From positions 224,001-288,000 of the forward strand of contig JBGAHS010000004.1 of NCBI GenBank assembly GCA_044226015.1: 64,000 bases of DNA, written 5' to 3'. Every line of letters begins with the position of its first letter. Position 1 is the first letter of the stretch. This stretch comes from Candidatus Obscuribacteraceae bacterium. Its GTDB lineage: Bacteria; Cyanobacteriota; Vampirovibrionia; Obscuribacterales; Obscuribacteraceae. This document shows positions 51,201-60,067 of the stretch, one piece after another. Both the position numbers and the translations under genes were made by a program. Under the pieces are notes generated by a model that saw nothing but the letters and a program-made list of their open reading frames with translations, did no database searches and was not told the origin of the DNA.

Positions 51201-52379
51201 TTGATGGACCTCGTGCTCGACAAGCGCTTCAAGTCGGAGCGAAAACGAGATGCGTTTGTTTCCACTCTGTTGCGTTGCATAGATTTGGAGATGCGAGATC
51301 GATTCTTCGATTTGGCTATACAGTCGGGAATGAAAAGTGTCCGGCTCGCGAAGCTCCTTACACTTGCGCCGTGTGATCGCTCAACATGGACCACGGTTGC
51401 CAACCAGCCGAAAAGCGTAAAAGCAAAATACTGGGGATCCGTGCATCCGAGGTGGCGGGATTACAGCGAAGATGATCTGGCATTATTGATCGACGAGCTT
51501 CTTGAGGCAGGTAGACCGCGCGCCGCATTTTTCGCGGCTCACATGGATTGGGGCAAGGTTGAGACGCCTCGGCTGATGCGGTTGTTGAATTCACTCATTT
51601 CGAGCGCAGAGCCGGTCCAAGAATATCAGCTAGAGGGATACGACATCTCGGCAGCCTTCGAATCGTTGAATTCTCGCCCAGATAAAAATCCGGAACAACT
51701 CGCGAATCTAGAATTTCAGTTCATCAGCGTGCTGACTGATGATACCGAATACGGTGTCCCGAACTTGCAACGGGAGTTTTCCAAATCACCAAAACTCTTT
51801 TCGGACATTGTAGCAATGGCGACAAAAAGGTCTGATGATGCCCAAGATCCACCGGCGCTGGTGATCTCAGATCTCGATAAACAGCAACAGGTGGCAAAAG
51901 CTTGTTTTACTGCTCTGAGCCACATCAACCATGTTCCCGGATATGACACAGAAAAGCAGTCGATAAATTTGCGTTCAATGCTGGACTGGTTAACGGAAGC
52001 GCGCTCTCGCCTTGCGGATTTGGGACGACAGAATATTGGCGATCAGTTTATTGGGCAACTGCTCGCTCGCCACAAACCCGTATCAGAAGCCGATTGGCCA
52101 GCGGACGAGATCTGTGAGGCCTTAGAGACCATGGGGTCCGATCACATCGCAAAAGGGTTTGCGAATCAAATTTTCAATAGTAGAGGCGTGCATTGGACTA
52201 GTGGCGATGGGAACCAGGAGCGTGAACTTGCGCTCAAGTATAGAAGTCGTGCTCGGCAGTTGGCATTTGAATATCCTTTCGTATCGAGCATTCTTGAAGG
52301 CATCGCGGCTGGATATGACAGGCAAGCACTAAGTGAAGAGACGGAAGGAAAACGACGGAAGCAGTCTTTAAGGGAGTAA
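48300..52379 (+). CDS. 1359-aa protein: HigA-like HTH, putative PD-(D/E)xK-type nuclease domain and large helical region
   Basis: HPG.YVK..VLP.GMTVTDAAKLLGIGRPAFSNFLNGKAALSAEMAIRIEKTF; GWDG...GWEFG...KAEQDY..RT...FTFVTPRNW. Confidence 0.75.
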   Translation: MTNKTANAFHPGLYVKDHVLPKGMTVTDAAKLLGIGRPAFSNFLNGKAALSAEMAIRIEKTFSVDKEHLIKLQQKFDSTMNKHIENRVIVSSYVPSFLTITAHQIDNWASGLDARKLLSVLLRKLIHSTTPEITNIDFPGFDNAERKGWDGILECGQATPWVAQGRSGWEFGCNASPAQKAEQDYLARTKSVDVALRAVTTFTFVTPRNWPGKTKWEQDKRALREWSAVKVLDASDLEQWLEQSVPAQIWLAEQIGLPVTGFSTLEHWWDKWALASEPAMSRELFEPMISASRSQFIEWLNRPSSKPLVVAADSVEEALAFVAAMFSDEEVAKLPHSSTVSVFNDPATLRKLGASPAAFIPVVYTSDMDKELIKMCKQRHCISIQSRGTVRSEPDVVLEKIGPDHFQAGLAAMGVDQERSARLARESGRSLTVLRRRLSLIESVRIPMWASDPARSAALVPMCLIGAWKESSKADREIISVLARKDYGTVEAELAQFLQSEDAPVWSVESGRGVVSKVDVLFAISRLVTREHLDDFFVIAELVLSEADPALELPDRDKWTAGMYGKVRDHSGTLREALCETMVILAMHGNDLFSERLGMNVQTKVEVVVRNLLSPFILEKLKLQDRNLPYYAEAAPEMFLTLVEKDLRSPNSAVMGLMKPVEPGIFSPCWRTGILWALECIVWKAEYLPRITLALGKMAEQKLDDNWNHKPINTLKAIYRWWLPQTAASADERISGLKLLAKNFPETAWEICLEQIRSERVAFPNYKPNWRDEADGLGEPRRLEEGGRFRLEALRLAIAWTTHNEQTLGDLIERINIMPEEEQSRVWDLVDVWRKDATEVAKSVLRERIRRSTFTRRGRRKDLKGAGRNRAQDAYQKLASKDPVFKHKWLFESDWVEPSFDDLEDEQYDYKTSTKKIGEDRKKALREIWREQELDGVIKLANEIEPVHLVAGYWVDNNSQGLKLDSLLMDLVLDKRFKSERKRDAFVSTLLRCIDLEMRDRFFDLAIQSGMKSVRLAKLLTLAPCDRSTWTTVANQPKSVKAKYWGSVHPRWRDYSEDDLALLIDELLEAGRPRAAFFAAHMDWGKVETPRLMRLLNSLISSAEPVQEYQLEGYDISAAFESLNSRPDKNPEQLANLEFQFISVLTDDTEYGVPNLQREFSKSPKLFSDIVAMATKRSDDAQDPPALVISDLDKQQQVAKACFTALSHINHVPGYDTEKQSINLRSMLDWLTEARSRLADLGRQNIGDQFIGQLLARHKPVSEADWPADEICEALETMGSDHIAKGFANQIFNSRGVHWTSGDGNQERELALKYRSRARQLAFEYPFVSSILEGIAAGYDRQALSEETEGKRRKQSLRE

Positions 52380-52384
52380 GAAAG

Positions 52385-53233
52385 TTGGAAGGCGCAAAGC
52401 CAAAACTAAAGCCCGTCGGCGAGTCAGTGTTCGAAAGATATCTGACCAATTTATCGCTAACTTGGGACTATGAACCTCTTGTAGGCACCAAACGACCTGA
52501 TTACTTGATTCTTGTTAAACCGGACCTGAAGGTATTAGTCGAGGTGGAAGACTTCACTGGGAGCAGCCATGAGCTATCAATACTCGACGAAATAGCTGCT
52601 GGTCGGAACCCTGCTGGTCCATGGGATCCAATCAAATACATCAATCGTGCAATTCGAGATGCAGCTGCGCAGCTTAAACCAGGCAAGGGAACCTACCCAT
52701 GCGTGGCAGTACTGTACAACGATGCCACTATGCCCTACGACAACGAATTGTTTGTTACTCAAGCCATGTTTGGCAGGCTTAAGATCACTCAGCTTGTCGG
52801 ACCAGAGGGAGCTATGAGCGAAGCCGAAAGCGTCTATTCTCCAGATGAGCGGTATCTTACGCCAAAGCAAAACACAACAATTAGTGCCGTTGCAGTGCTC
52901 GAGGAAATTCAACCAAATATCCACATCCTCCGGGAAGCCGAACAAGAGTTATTCGCACGTATCGATGCAGAGGAGCCCCCGGATGATCCCTATGAGCGCG
53001 GCTTTGCTTCGGTCACGCGGAAAGCGAAGAAGGCACTACCACAGCTGGAACTCTTACGAGCGGAACTAGAACGCCAATATGGAGCGGAATTTCTCGATAA
53101 GACATGTGAGAGACTTCGTATATATCACAACCCTTGGGCTGCAGTTCCGCTTCCAGCAGAAGCGCTGAACGGCGAATACGATGAGCATTTGTATTACGAC
53201 CTAGAGCGCAGGACATTTACTCGTCATCGGTAA
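52385..53233 (+). CDS. Hypothetical protein with restriction-endonuclease-like motif
   Basis: GESVFERYL...YEP...KRPDY...LVEVEDF...AAAQL; TTG start 5 nt after the previous stop. Confidence 0.55.
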   Translation: MEGAKPKLKPVGESVFERYLTNLSLTWDYEPLVGTKRPDYLILVKPDLKVLVEVEDFTGSSHELSILDEIAAGRNPAGPWDPIKYINRAIRDAAAQLKPGKGTYPCVAVLYNDATMPYDNELFVTQAMFGRLKITQLVGPEGAMSEAESVYSPDERYLTPKQNTTISAVAVLEEIQPNIHILREAEQELFARIDAEEPPDDPYERGFASVTRKAKKALPQLELLRAELERQYGAEFLDKTCERLRIYHNPWAAVPLPAEALNGEYDEHLYYDLERRTFTRHR

Positions 53234-53248
53234 ACATTAATCCCTACT

Positions 53249-53447
53249 GCACCATATGTAGTGGCGGCACGATCAATTACTCTGCCAACGCTGTGGGTTA
53301 GGCAACGCGCTAGGCACAGGCCGCCTTACCCAACGCCTTACCAGTGAAACTACTCGCTATAGCAACTTTGATAGCGATAGACAAACGATAGACGAATTCC
53401 GTTGATTGAGCTTTCCGACGCTCTACGATTCTGATCGCATTTGCATT
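53249..53447 (+). repeat. Island end module, copy 2
   Basis: Same colinear blocks as 37623-37839; exact 18-mer at 53430-53447. Confidence 0.8.
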
Positions 53448-53486
53448 AGGCATTGCATTAGGCGCGCCGTTTTTGCATACCCCAAT

Positions 53487-53518
53487 AAAAAACCGGCACT
53501 TCTCTCGAAACTGCCGGT
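53487..53518 (-). terminator. Terminator downstream of tRNA-fMet
   Basis: Minus strand ACCGGCA-13 nt-TGCCGGT-TTTTT. Confidence 0.7.
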
Positions 53519-53535
53519 CCTTCTATACTTTTAAT

Positions 53536-53612
<77 letters not shown>

Positions 53613-53712
53613 GTAACAATCTAAATGGTAGCATAAAACCGAGGTGAGCAACGGCGCGTAAATAAATTGTCGCTCACAGGCTGGACAGTACAGGGTTTTG
53701 GCGGTTTACAAA

Positions 53713-54177
53713 ATGAAAGCAGTATTACAACGTTGTTCACATGCTAATGTCGTCGTCGATGGAAAGGCTGTTGGTTCAATCGATTTGGGGTTAATGATTT
53801 TGCTCTGTGTTGAGCAGGGCGACACAGAAGCCGAGTGCGATTTCATCGCAAAAAAATCAATAGAGTTACGAATCTTTGCCGACCCGGAAGGAAAAATGAA
53901 TTTGTCGCTGCAAGACGTCGGCGGTTCCGTCTTGTTGATATCGCAATTCACCCTTGCTGCTGAATGGAAGAAAGGGCGTCGACCCGGTTTTACGAAAGCT
54001 GCCAGTCCGCAAGAAGGGCAGCGGTTATATGAATACTTTGCGGCTCAGCTTGAAAAGCAAAACGTGCGTGTTGAGCGCGGTATCTTTGGCGCGCACATGG
54101 AAGTCTCGCTTTGCAACGATGGTCCTGTCACTTTAATATTGGACCATAAAGTGGAACCGTCTGAAATTAAGAGCTAA
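53713..54177 (+). CDS. dtd: D-aminoacyl-tRNA deacylase
   Basis: MKAVLQR, LRIF.D..GKMNLS, SQFTL, KGRRPGF, GIFGAHMEVSL.NDGPVT. Confidence 0.96.
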   Translation: MKAVLQRCSHANVVVDGKAVGSIDLGLMILLCVEQGDTEAECDFIAKKSIELRIFADPEGKMNLSLQDVGGSVLLISQFTLAAEWKKGRRPGFTKAASPQEGQRLYEYFAAQLEKQNVRVERGIFGAHMEVSLCNDGPVTLILDHKVEPSEIKS

Positions 54178-54407
54178 ACGCTAAGGCTGAGTGTGCATGC
54201 CCGCAGCACAGCCTTGTTTCGTCCTAGCATAGTGAAAGATGGAGTGAAGGAAGGCGGCCATCTTGTTGAAAGAGACAGCCAGAAGCGCAGAACTAGATGC
54301 GCTCCTTGTTGAGCCTCCTGCCGCACACTCGTTGTTGAGGCGCTCAGAAACGGTAATGTGGAAACAGGAGACTCTCACTGTTTCACATCGATTTCAATTA
54401 GAAGATT

Positions 54408-54481
54408 TGGAGCGGGTAGCGGGAATCGAACCCGCGTGTGCAGCTTGGAAGGCTGCCGTTCTACCATTGAACTACACCCGC
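54408..54481 (-). tRNA. tRNA-Gly (TCC)
   Basis: GCGGGTGTAGTTCAATGGTAGAACGGCAGCCTTCCAAGCTGCACACGCGGGTTCGATTCCCGCTACCCGCTCCA. Confidence 0.97.
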
Positions 54482-55074
54482 ATATATGTAAATGGTAGCA
54501 CATCCCCGATTTTGCGCAATCGAATCACGACTGCTTGGGACGGAAGTTCCAAAACGCGCTTACTTGCGGGATTCGCTCAGTAACATCTTGAAACAGAGTT
54601 GGCTTTCGAGGCTTGCTTAAAAATTCTGAACTTAGTTCGCTGGTTCTTTGAATCGAAGTGCAGCGAACTGATTAACTTGATTCAATCTTTTCGTTGCCTG
54701 CTTGGAACAAACCAGCATCTTCGGAGAATGTGCATTTGGTAAGCCTATAGATGTTATTTCAGTAGGCACCATATGTGGTGCAGGATCTACGCTGAGCGGC
54801 GTCTAATCAACATTGGCAAAATAGGGCGATTGTCTTGCAGTATTGTCGAACTTTTTCGACGCCCGCCGCGCAAGGAATTCCCGGCGACAGCAGCCGTCTA
54901 CAAAAATAGTAGCCAAGCATTAGACCTTTCTGATACAGGCTGTATTTGCGGCTTTTGTCCTTGTGCGCAAATCCGTTGAATGATACATTTCCGAATTAAG
55001 GCTTGTATCAAGGAATATGAGCTTTAGGTTAACATTCTCTCGCTACCCAACTGATAGTATAGGGTGTCCTTGAC

Positions 55075-56244
55075 ATGAACACAGTACAGCGGCTCTGGTG
55101 GATGAACGAATCAAGCGCAAACGCAAATTCTTCGCGCACCGACAACGTATCGGTTCCAAAAAGATTAGTGCCTCCGCACATCGAGGCTTTGAACGCCTAC
55201 CAGCCGGGAAGACCTGCTGATGCGCTCAAGGCTGAACTAGGAATTGATAGATTCATCAACCTTGCGTCAAACGAGAACCCACTTGGTCCTCCGAAAAGCG
55301 CATTGGATGCTGTACAAGCAAGCTTGAAAGAAATCAATCGCTACCCCGAATCTGGTGGCTTCCGATTGAGAGAAACTCTTGCTGAGGTGTATCGCGTCAA
55401 AGCCGAAAACGTAGTTGTCGGCAGCGGGTCTGAAAGCATCATGGCAAACATCGTTCGTGCATTCTTGCATGGCGACGATGAAGTTGTGACTTCAGAAGGT
55501 ACATTCATTGGTCTCTACGTTCTTGTGAATTCGCAGGGCGTCAAGCTCGTCAAAGTTCCACTAAAGGACTACAAGTTTGATCTCGATGCAATCGCAGAAG
55601 CGGTTACAGAAAAAACAAAACTCGTTTATTTGTGTAATCCCAATAATCCGACAGGCACGATGTTCTCTCGTGCAGAGTTCGAAACTTTCATACAGAAAGT
55701 GCCCGACCACGTCCTTGTGATTCTCGACGAAGCATACTTCGAATTCACAATGGGCATCGCTGAATTCCCCGACTCGATGACATACCGCTATGACAATGTA
55801 CTCACTCTTCGCTCCTTTTCGAAAGCTTATGCAATGGCTGGGCTTCGTGTCGGCTACGGCATGGGACACGAATACCTCATCAACTACGTCAACAAAGTCA
55901 AACTACCTTTCGAGCCAAACATGCTCGCACAAGTCGCGGCTACAGCCGCGATCAAAGACACGACATACCTCGGCGGCGTCCTCGAAAACAACGACGAAGG
56001 CATGCGATACCTCACCAACGAATTTGAAAAACTCGGCTGGGAGTACGTTCCCTCATCGACAAACTTCATCATGTTGCCGACGAAGAGTGCAGAGCGTGTC
56101 AAGGAAATTCACGAGGGCATGTTGCGCCAAGGTATAGCGATTCGTCCGCTCACCGCGTTCGGCTTGCCTCATTGCTTCCGCATCACCATCGGTTTGCCCG
56201 ATGAAAACGAAGCCTGCATCAAAGGTCTCAAGAAACTGTATTAA
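55075..56244 (+). CDS. hisC: Histidinol-phosphate aminotransferase family
   Basis: YQPG, LASNENPLGP, RYP, NPNNPTG, DEAY, RSFSKAYAMAGLRVGY; true start may be ATG 55102. Confidence 0.9.
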   Translation: MNTVQRLWWMNESSANANSSRTDNVSVPKRLVPPHIEALNAYQPGRPADALKAELGIDRFINLASNENPLGPPKSALDAVQASLKEINRYPESGGFRLRETLAEVYRVKAENVVVGSGSESIMANIVRAFLHGDDEVVTSEGTFIGLYVLVNSQGVKLVKVPLKDYKFDLDAIAEAVTEKTKLVYLCNPNNPTGTMFSRAEFETFIQKVPDHVLVILDEAYFEFTMGIAEFPDSMTYRYDNVLTLRSFSKAYAMAGLRVGYGMGHEYLINYVNKVKLPFEPNMLAQVAATAAIKDTTYLGGVLENNDEGMRYLTNEFEKLGWEYVPSSTNFIMLPTKSAERVKEIHEGMLRQGIAIRPLTAFGLPHCFRITIGLPDENEACIKGLKKLY

Positions 56245-56341
56245 TAGGCTCGATTGCTGCGTCTAATTGTGGTTAAGTTGTTTAACCGCAATTACCCTGT
56301 TGTCGTTCTTTCTGGGCATAATAGTCTGGGGAGAATTTGGC

Positions 56342-58936
56342 ATGTCTGAGGACGATACACGCAAAGCCAGGCAAAAGAAACGCACGAGTCAAAGTAAGCG
56401 GTTCGTGGCGCCTGATAATGTGCCAGAGGGTCAACCCTGGATTGGTGCGCCGCCAAAGGCGAAGCTAGACCAGGGCAAGGGTCCTTCGTCGCCTCCTGCT
56501 GCGAAGGCTCAGCCGCCCAGAGCTAATCCGTATTTGAATAAGTCGGCGGCTCCGCAGCAGAATCCTTCCAATCCGATGGTTCCCAATCCAAATATTCAGG
56601 GTGGAATTGTGGGACCACAAGCAGGATTTCCTCAGCAGCAGCAGAGACCAGTGAATCCTGCAGCACAGAATCCGTACGTGCAGGGCGCAACACAGCAAGG
56701 ACCACAAACAGGTTTTCCAATGCAGCAGCAAATGGCGGCGAATCCTGCAGCGCAAAATCCGTACGTGCAGGGAGCGCCACAACAGGGACCACAAACAGGG
56801 TTTCCGCAACGACAGCAGATGCCAGCGAATCCTGCAGCGCAAAATCCGTACGTGCAGGGAGCGCCACAACAGGGACCACAAACAGGTTTTCCTCAACAAG
56901 AGCAGATGCCAGCGAATCCTGCAGCGCAAAATCCGTACGTGCAGGGAGCGCCACAACAGGGACCACAAACAGGGTTTCCGCAACGACAGCAGATGCCAGC
57001 GAATCCTGCAGCGCAAAATCCGTACGTGCAGGGAGCGCCACAACAGGGACCACAAACAGGGTTTCCGCAACGACAGCAGATGCCCGCGAATCCTGCAGCG
57101 CAAAATCCGTACGTGCAGGGAGCGCCACAACAGGGACCACAAACAGGGTTTCCGCAGCAACAGCAAATGCCAGCGAATCCTGCAGCGCAAAATCCGTACG
57201 TGCAGGGAGCACCACAGCAGGGTCCGCAGACAGGTTTTCCGCAGCAACAGCAGATGCCAGCGAATCCTGCAGCGCAGAATCCGTACGTGCAAGGCGGACC
57301 ACAGCAAGGATCACAACAGCAAGGACCACAATCAGGTTTTCCAATGCAACAGCAGCAAATGCCAGCGAATCCTGCTGCGCAAAATCCGCATGTGCAAGGC
57401 GCACCACAGCAAGGATCACAGTCAGGTTTTCCACTGCAACAGCAGCAAATGCCAGCGAATCCTGCTGCGCAAAATCCTTATGTGCAGGGCGCACCACAGC
57501 AAGGACCGCAAACAGGGTTCCCAATGCAGCAGCCGCAGGCGAATCCTGCTGCGCAGAATCCGTACGTCCAGGGCGCACCACAGCAAGCACCACAAGCAGG
57601 TTTTCCACTGCAACAGCAGCAAATGCCTGCGAATCCCGCAGCGCAAAATCCGTATGTGCAGCGCGCACCACAACAAGGACTGCAATCAGTTTCTCCACAG
57701 CATGTGCCACCAAATACGACGGCGCAAAATCAATCTCAACCCACAGCGGACCCCTTCGATTTGAATCTGACTCCTGTCACTAAGCCGCCAGGTGTTATAA
57801 AAAGAACTGACTCTGTGAGAAAGGGAGCTGCACCTGCAGCGCCAGTTAGCAGGAAGCCTCGCCGCGTTACCAAAAATTGGTATTGGCCAGAAGAGGATGA
57901 AGATGCATGTGGGCAGAAGTTGTATCCGGCACCAGTTTTTTCCAAGCCGCTTTCTGCACCACTTGGACTATTGCGTGACGACGGTGAAGAAGAAGGCGAC
58001 TCCAAGAAGAGTGCGTTTGCCCAAGCTATTGATGATTACGATTATTCTCGCTCTCAGGTCAAAGATGAGAGCAAAGCGTTCGCACAGGTTATCGATGAGA
58101 TACTGAACCAAGCCATCGAAACTGACGTGGACGCCCGTGCTTGCATCGATAAATTAGCCCGCAGTTGTTCTGCCAAAACGGTTACGCGTGAGTTGACTGA
58201 GTTGGCGCCAAGAATCGCGAGTTTGGTAAAAGCAAACAAGGAGCTGCTCAGCGACCTGATTGAACTTTGTCGCGCTGTTGAACGCCAATGGCTTTCGGTC
58301 GATGGACTTACCAAAGTCTTCGAGCAGTTAAACCGACTGTACGATGCGCCAGTTCTTGGTAGCAGACGGCAATTGGTCGTTGAGCACTACTTGCGCGTTG
58401 TAGGGCGAGGGCTTGCAATCAAAAAGATTGAGCAAGAGCCGCTTGGTCAGATGGAATTGTGTGAAACGCTGCTCTTAAGCCGCTACCCCGACCGAGCTGC
58501 AGAATTCTTGCTGTCTGTGATGACTTCAAGTCGCATCAACAATGATGAACTCGCAATTCGTCCATTCAAGTTTGACCGAGATAAAGCGCGAACCGTTGTG
58601 AAGGTATCTCGTGATGCGCTTGAGCCAGAGCCAGCAATGCGGCAGTCAGAAAGTGTTTTTCAAAGCAACTATTTTTCGTTTCTTCTGAAGACCGTGGCAC
58701 TAAATGCGGTATTACAAGATTCCATGCCAACTAGCAGGTATATTCGGCGAAAAGGCAAAGACCTCATTTACAGCGTGTCTGAACAGGAAGTGAAGCCTGG
58801 TGTTTTTCGTGTTACTCCGTCGGCAACGCAAGAGTTTAGCGGATTAACGCTCGAACAAATGGCTTGGGTGAATAGGCAATTTGCCGGTGTGAAGCCGCGA
58901 CATAGCTTGCCCGACAAAGTAAAAATGTTCGACTAG
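56342..58936 (+). CDS. Hypothetical protein with long Q/P/N-rich repeat region
   Basis: Long ORF; ATG 56342 behind GGGGAG; 12 NPAAQNP repeats followed by a helical C-terminal domain. Confidence 0.75.
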   Translation: MSEDDTRKARQKKRTSQSKRFVAPDNVPEGQPWIGAPPKAKLDQGKGPSSPPAAKAQPPRANPYLNKSAAPQQNPSNPMVPNPNIQGGIVGPQAGFPQQQQRPVNPAAQNPYVQGATQQGPQTGFPMQQQMAANPAAQNPYVQGAPQQGPQTGFPQRQQMPANPAAQNPYVQGAPQQGPQTGFPQQEQMPANPAAQNPYVQGAPQQGPQTGFPQRQQMPANPAAQNPYVQGAPQQGPQTGFPQRQQMPANPAAQNPYVQGAPQQGPQTGFPQQQQMPANPAAQNPYVQGAPQQGPQTGFPQQQQMPANPAAQNPYVQGGPQQGSQQQGPQSGFPMQQQQMPANPAAQNPHVQGAPQQGSQSGFPLQQQQMPANPAAQNPYVQGAPQQGPQTGFPMQQPQANPAAQNPYVQGAPQQAPQAGFPLQQQQMPANPAAQNPYVQRAPQQGLQSVSPQHVPPNTTAQNQSQPTADPFDLNLTPVTKPPGVIKRTDSVRKGAAPAAPVSRKPRRVTKNWYWPEEDEDACGQKLYPAPVFSKPLSAPLGLLRDDGEEEGDSKKSAFAQAIDDYDYSRSQVKDESKAFAQVIDEILNQAIETDVDARACIDKLARSCSAKTVTRELTELAPRIASLVKANKELLSDLIELCRAVERQWLSVDGLTKVFEQLNRLYDAPVLGSRRQLVVEHYLRVVGRGLAIKKIEQEPLGQMELCETLLLSRYPDRAAEFLLSVMTSSRINNDELAIRPFKFDRDKARTVVKVSRDALEPEPAMRQSESVFQSNYFSFLLKTVALNAVLQDSMPTSRYIRRKGKDLIYSVSEQEVKPGVFRVTPSATQEFSGLTLEQMAWVNRQFAGVKPRHSLPDKVKMFD
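56620..57680 (+). repeat. ~87-bp coding tandem repeat, 12 copies (PANPAAQNPYVQGAPQQGPQTGFPQxQQM)
   Basis: 87-bp period seen at 56821 and 56908; central copies nearly identical. Confidence 0.95.
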
Positions 58937-58968
58937 GGTGTAGGCTCGGAGATCCGACGGCTGCGGAC

Positions 58969-59061
58969 TCCAGGGCTGCTGAATCCAGGGCTGCTGAATC
59001 CAGGGACTGCTGAATCCAGGGACTGCTGAATCCAGGGACTGCTGAATCCAGGGCTGCTGAA
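58969..59061 (+). repeat. Six tandem 15/16-bp units TCCAGGG(A)CTGCTGAA
   Basis: Direct reading; unit lengths 15,15,16,16,16,15. Confidence 0.95.
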
Positions 59062-59291
59062 TCTCAGTGCCGGAATCCGGCTTGAGCACTGTTCTTCTTT
59101 TGCGTTCGCTTACTTCGCCAACTAACAATAACAATGGATCCAATGGAAGCAACGGCAACATCCCCAGGAAAAAACAAGCGGGCTAGCTAAGCAGCCCGCA
59201 AGAGGGAGGAACGTTTGTGTGTGTGATCGACTTCCCTATCTGCTAGAATACCATACATACGACTGGTAAGGCAAACGGAAAACGGGCTGTC

Positions 59292-60056
59292 ATGGGATTA
59301 AATGTACGTGAGATCAAGTCGAAGTCTATACTGACTCCGCAGGGATTCGGGTCACTCTCCGAGCATTACGACTTTTCCTTAAATCCTTATGCTGGGTGCG
59401 CTTTCAGCTGCTCATATTGCTATGTTCCTAAGTTTCCAAATGGAGAACACAGTCCTGAGGAGTGGGGGCAGTGGGTTAATGTCAAGATGAATGCTCCCGA
59501 GCTTATCCGTCAGAATCGGCTGAAGGTGTTCGGCAGTCGCATCTTTTTCAGCTCTGCCACAGATCCCTACCAATATATAGAACTCAAATATCGTCTCAGC
59601 CGAAAGTGTTTGCAGGAACTGAAGCTTTACCAGCCCTCCAGGCTAACTATGCATACAAGAAGTCATTTAATTCTGCAAGATCTGGAATTGCTCAAATCCT
59701 TTGGTGACAAATTGCAGGTCGGGGTGAGCTTTACCACCGACAACGACTTTATTCGCCAGGAATTTGAGGGGCGCGCACCGAGCATAAATCGTCGGCTGGA
59801 ACTTATCAAAACACTCAGTGCTGCTGGCATTAAAGTGCATGCCTCACTTTCTCCGCTATTGCCGTGCGACCCTGAGCGGTTGGTTGAGCTAATTTCTCCG
59901 CATGTAAACAAGATTTGGATCGATGAAATGCGATGGACTGAGGTAAACACGCGCCCACAGCTGGTCGAAAAGTATGCTGATTTTTTCGATGCAAAAAATC
60001 ATGCTGCCATTAGAAACTTCATCAAGAAGCTGCATTTTCAGTCACTTAATTCTTAG
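59292..60056 (+). CDS. Radical SAM protein, spore photoproduct lyase-like (SplB/Rv2578c type)
   Basis: SLNPYAGCAFSCSYCY, WVNVKMNAPE, SSATDPYQ, TRS.LI.QDL, EGRAPS...RL. Confidence 0.88.
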   Translation: MGLNVREIKSKSILTPQGFGSLSEHYDFSLNPYAGCAFSCSYCYVPKFPNGEHSPEEWGQWVNVKMNAPELIRQNRLKVFGSRIFFSSATDPYQYIELKYRLSRKCLQELKLYQPSRLTMHTRSHLILQDLELLKSFGDKLQVGVSFTTDNDFIRQEFEGRAPSINRRLELIKTLSAAGIKVHASLSPLLPCDPERLVELISPHVNKIWIDEMRWTEVNTRPQLVEKYADFFDAKNHAAIRNFIKKLHFQSLNS

Positions 60057-60067
60057 CGGCGTAGATT

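Larger units (their letters stand above)
34578..53535. mobile_element. Composite, decaying genomic island downstream of the tRNA-fMet 3' end (left boundary approximate)
   Basis: Tyrosine integrase, RIT trio, TA module, several pseudogenes and a duplicated end module between core genes; no att duplicate of the tRNA end was found. Confidence 0.7.

Noticed and set aside
54263..54583. 106-aa ORF
   Set aside because: Overlaps tRNA-Gly on the opposite strand; spurious
56465..57713. Long antisense ORFs of 280 and 396 aa
   Set aside because: Shadows of the stop-free 87-bp coding repeat on the plus strand
59209..59222. LexA-like box GAAC-N4-GTGT upstream of the SPL-like gene
   Set aside because: The right half-site is a poor match and the host LexA motif is unknown
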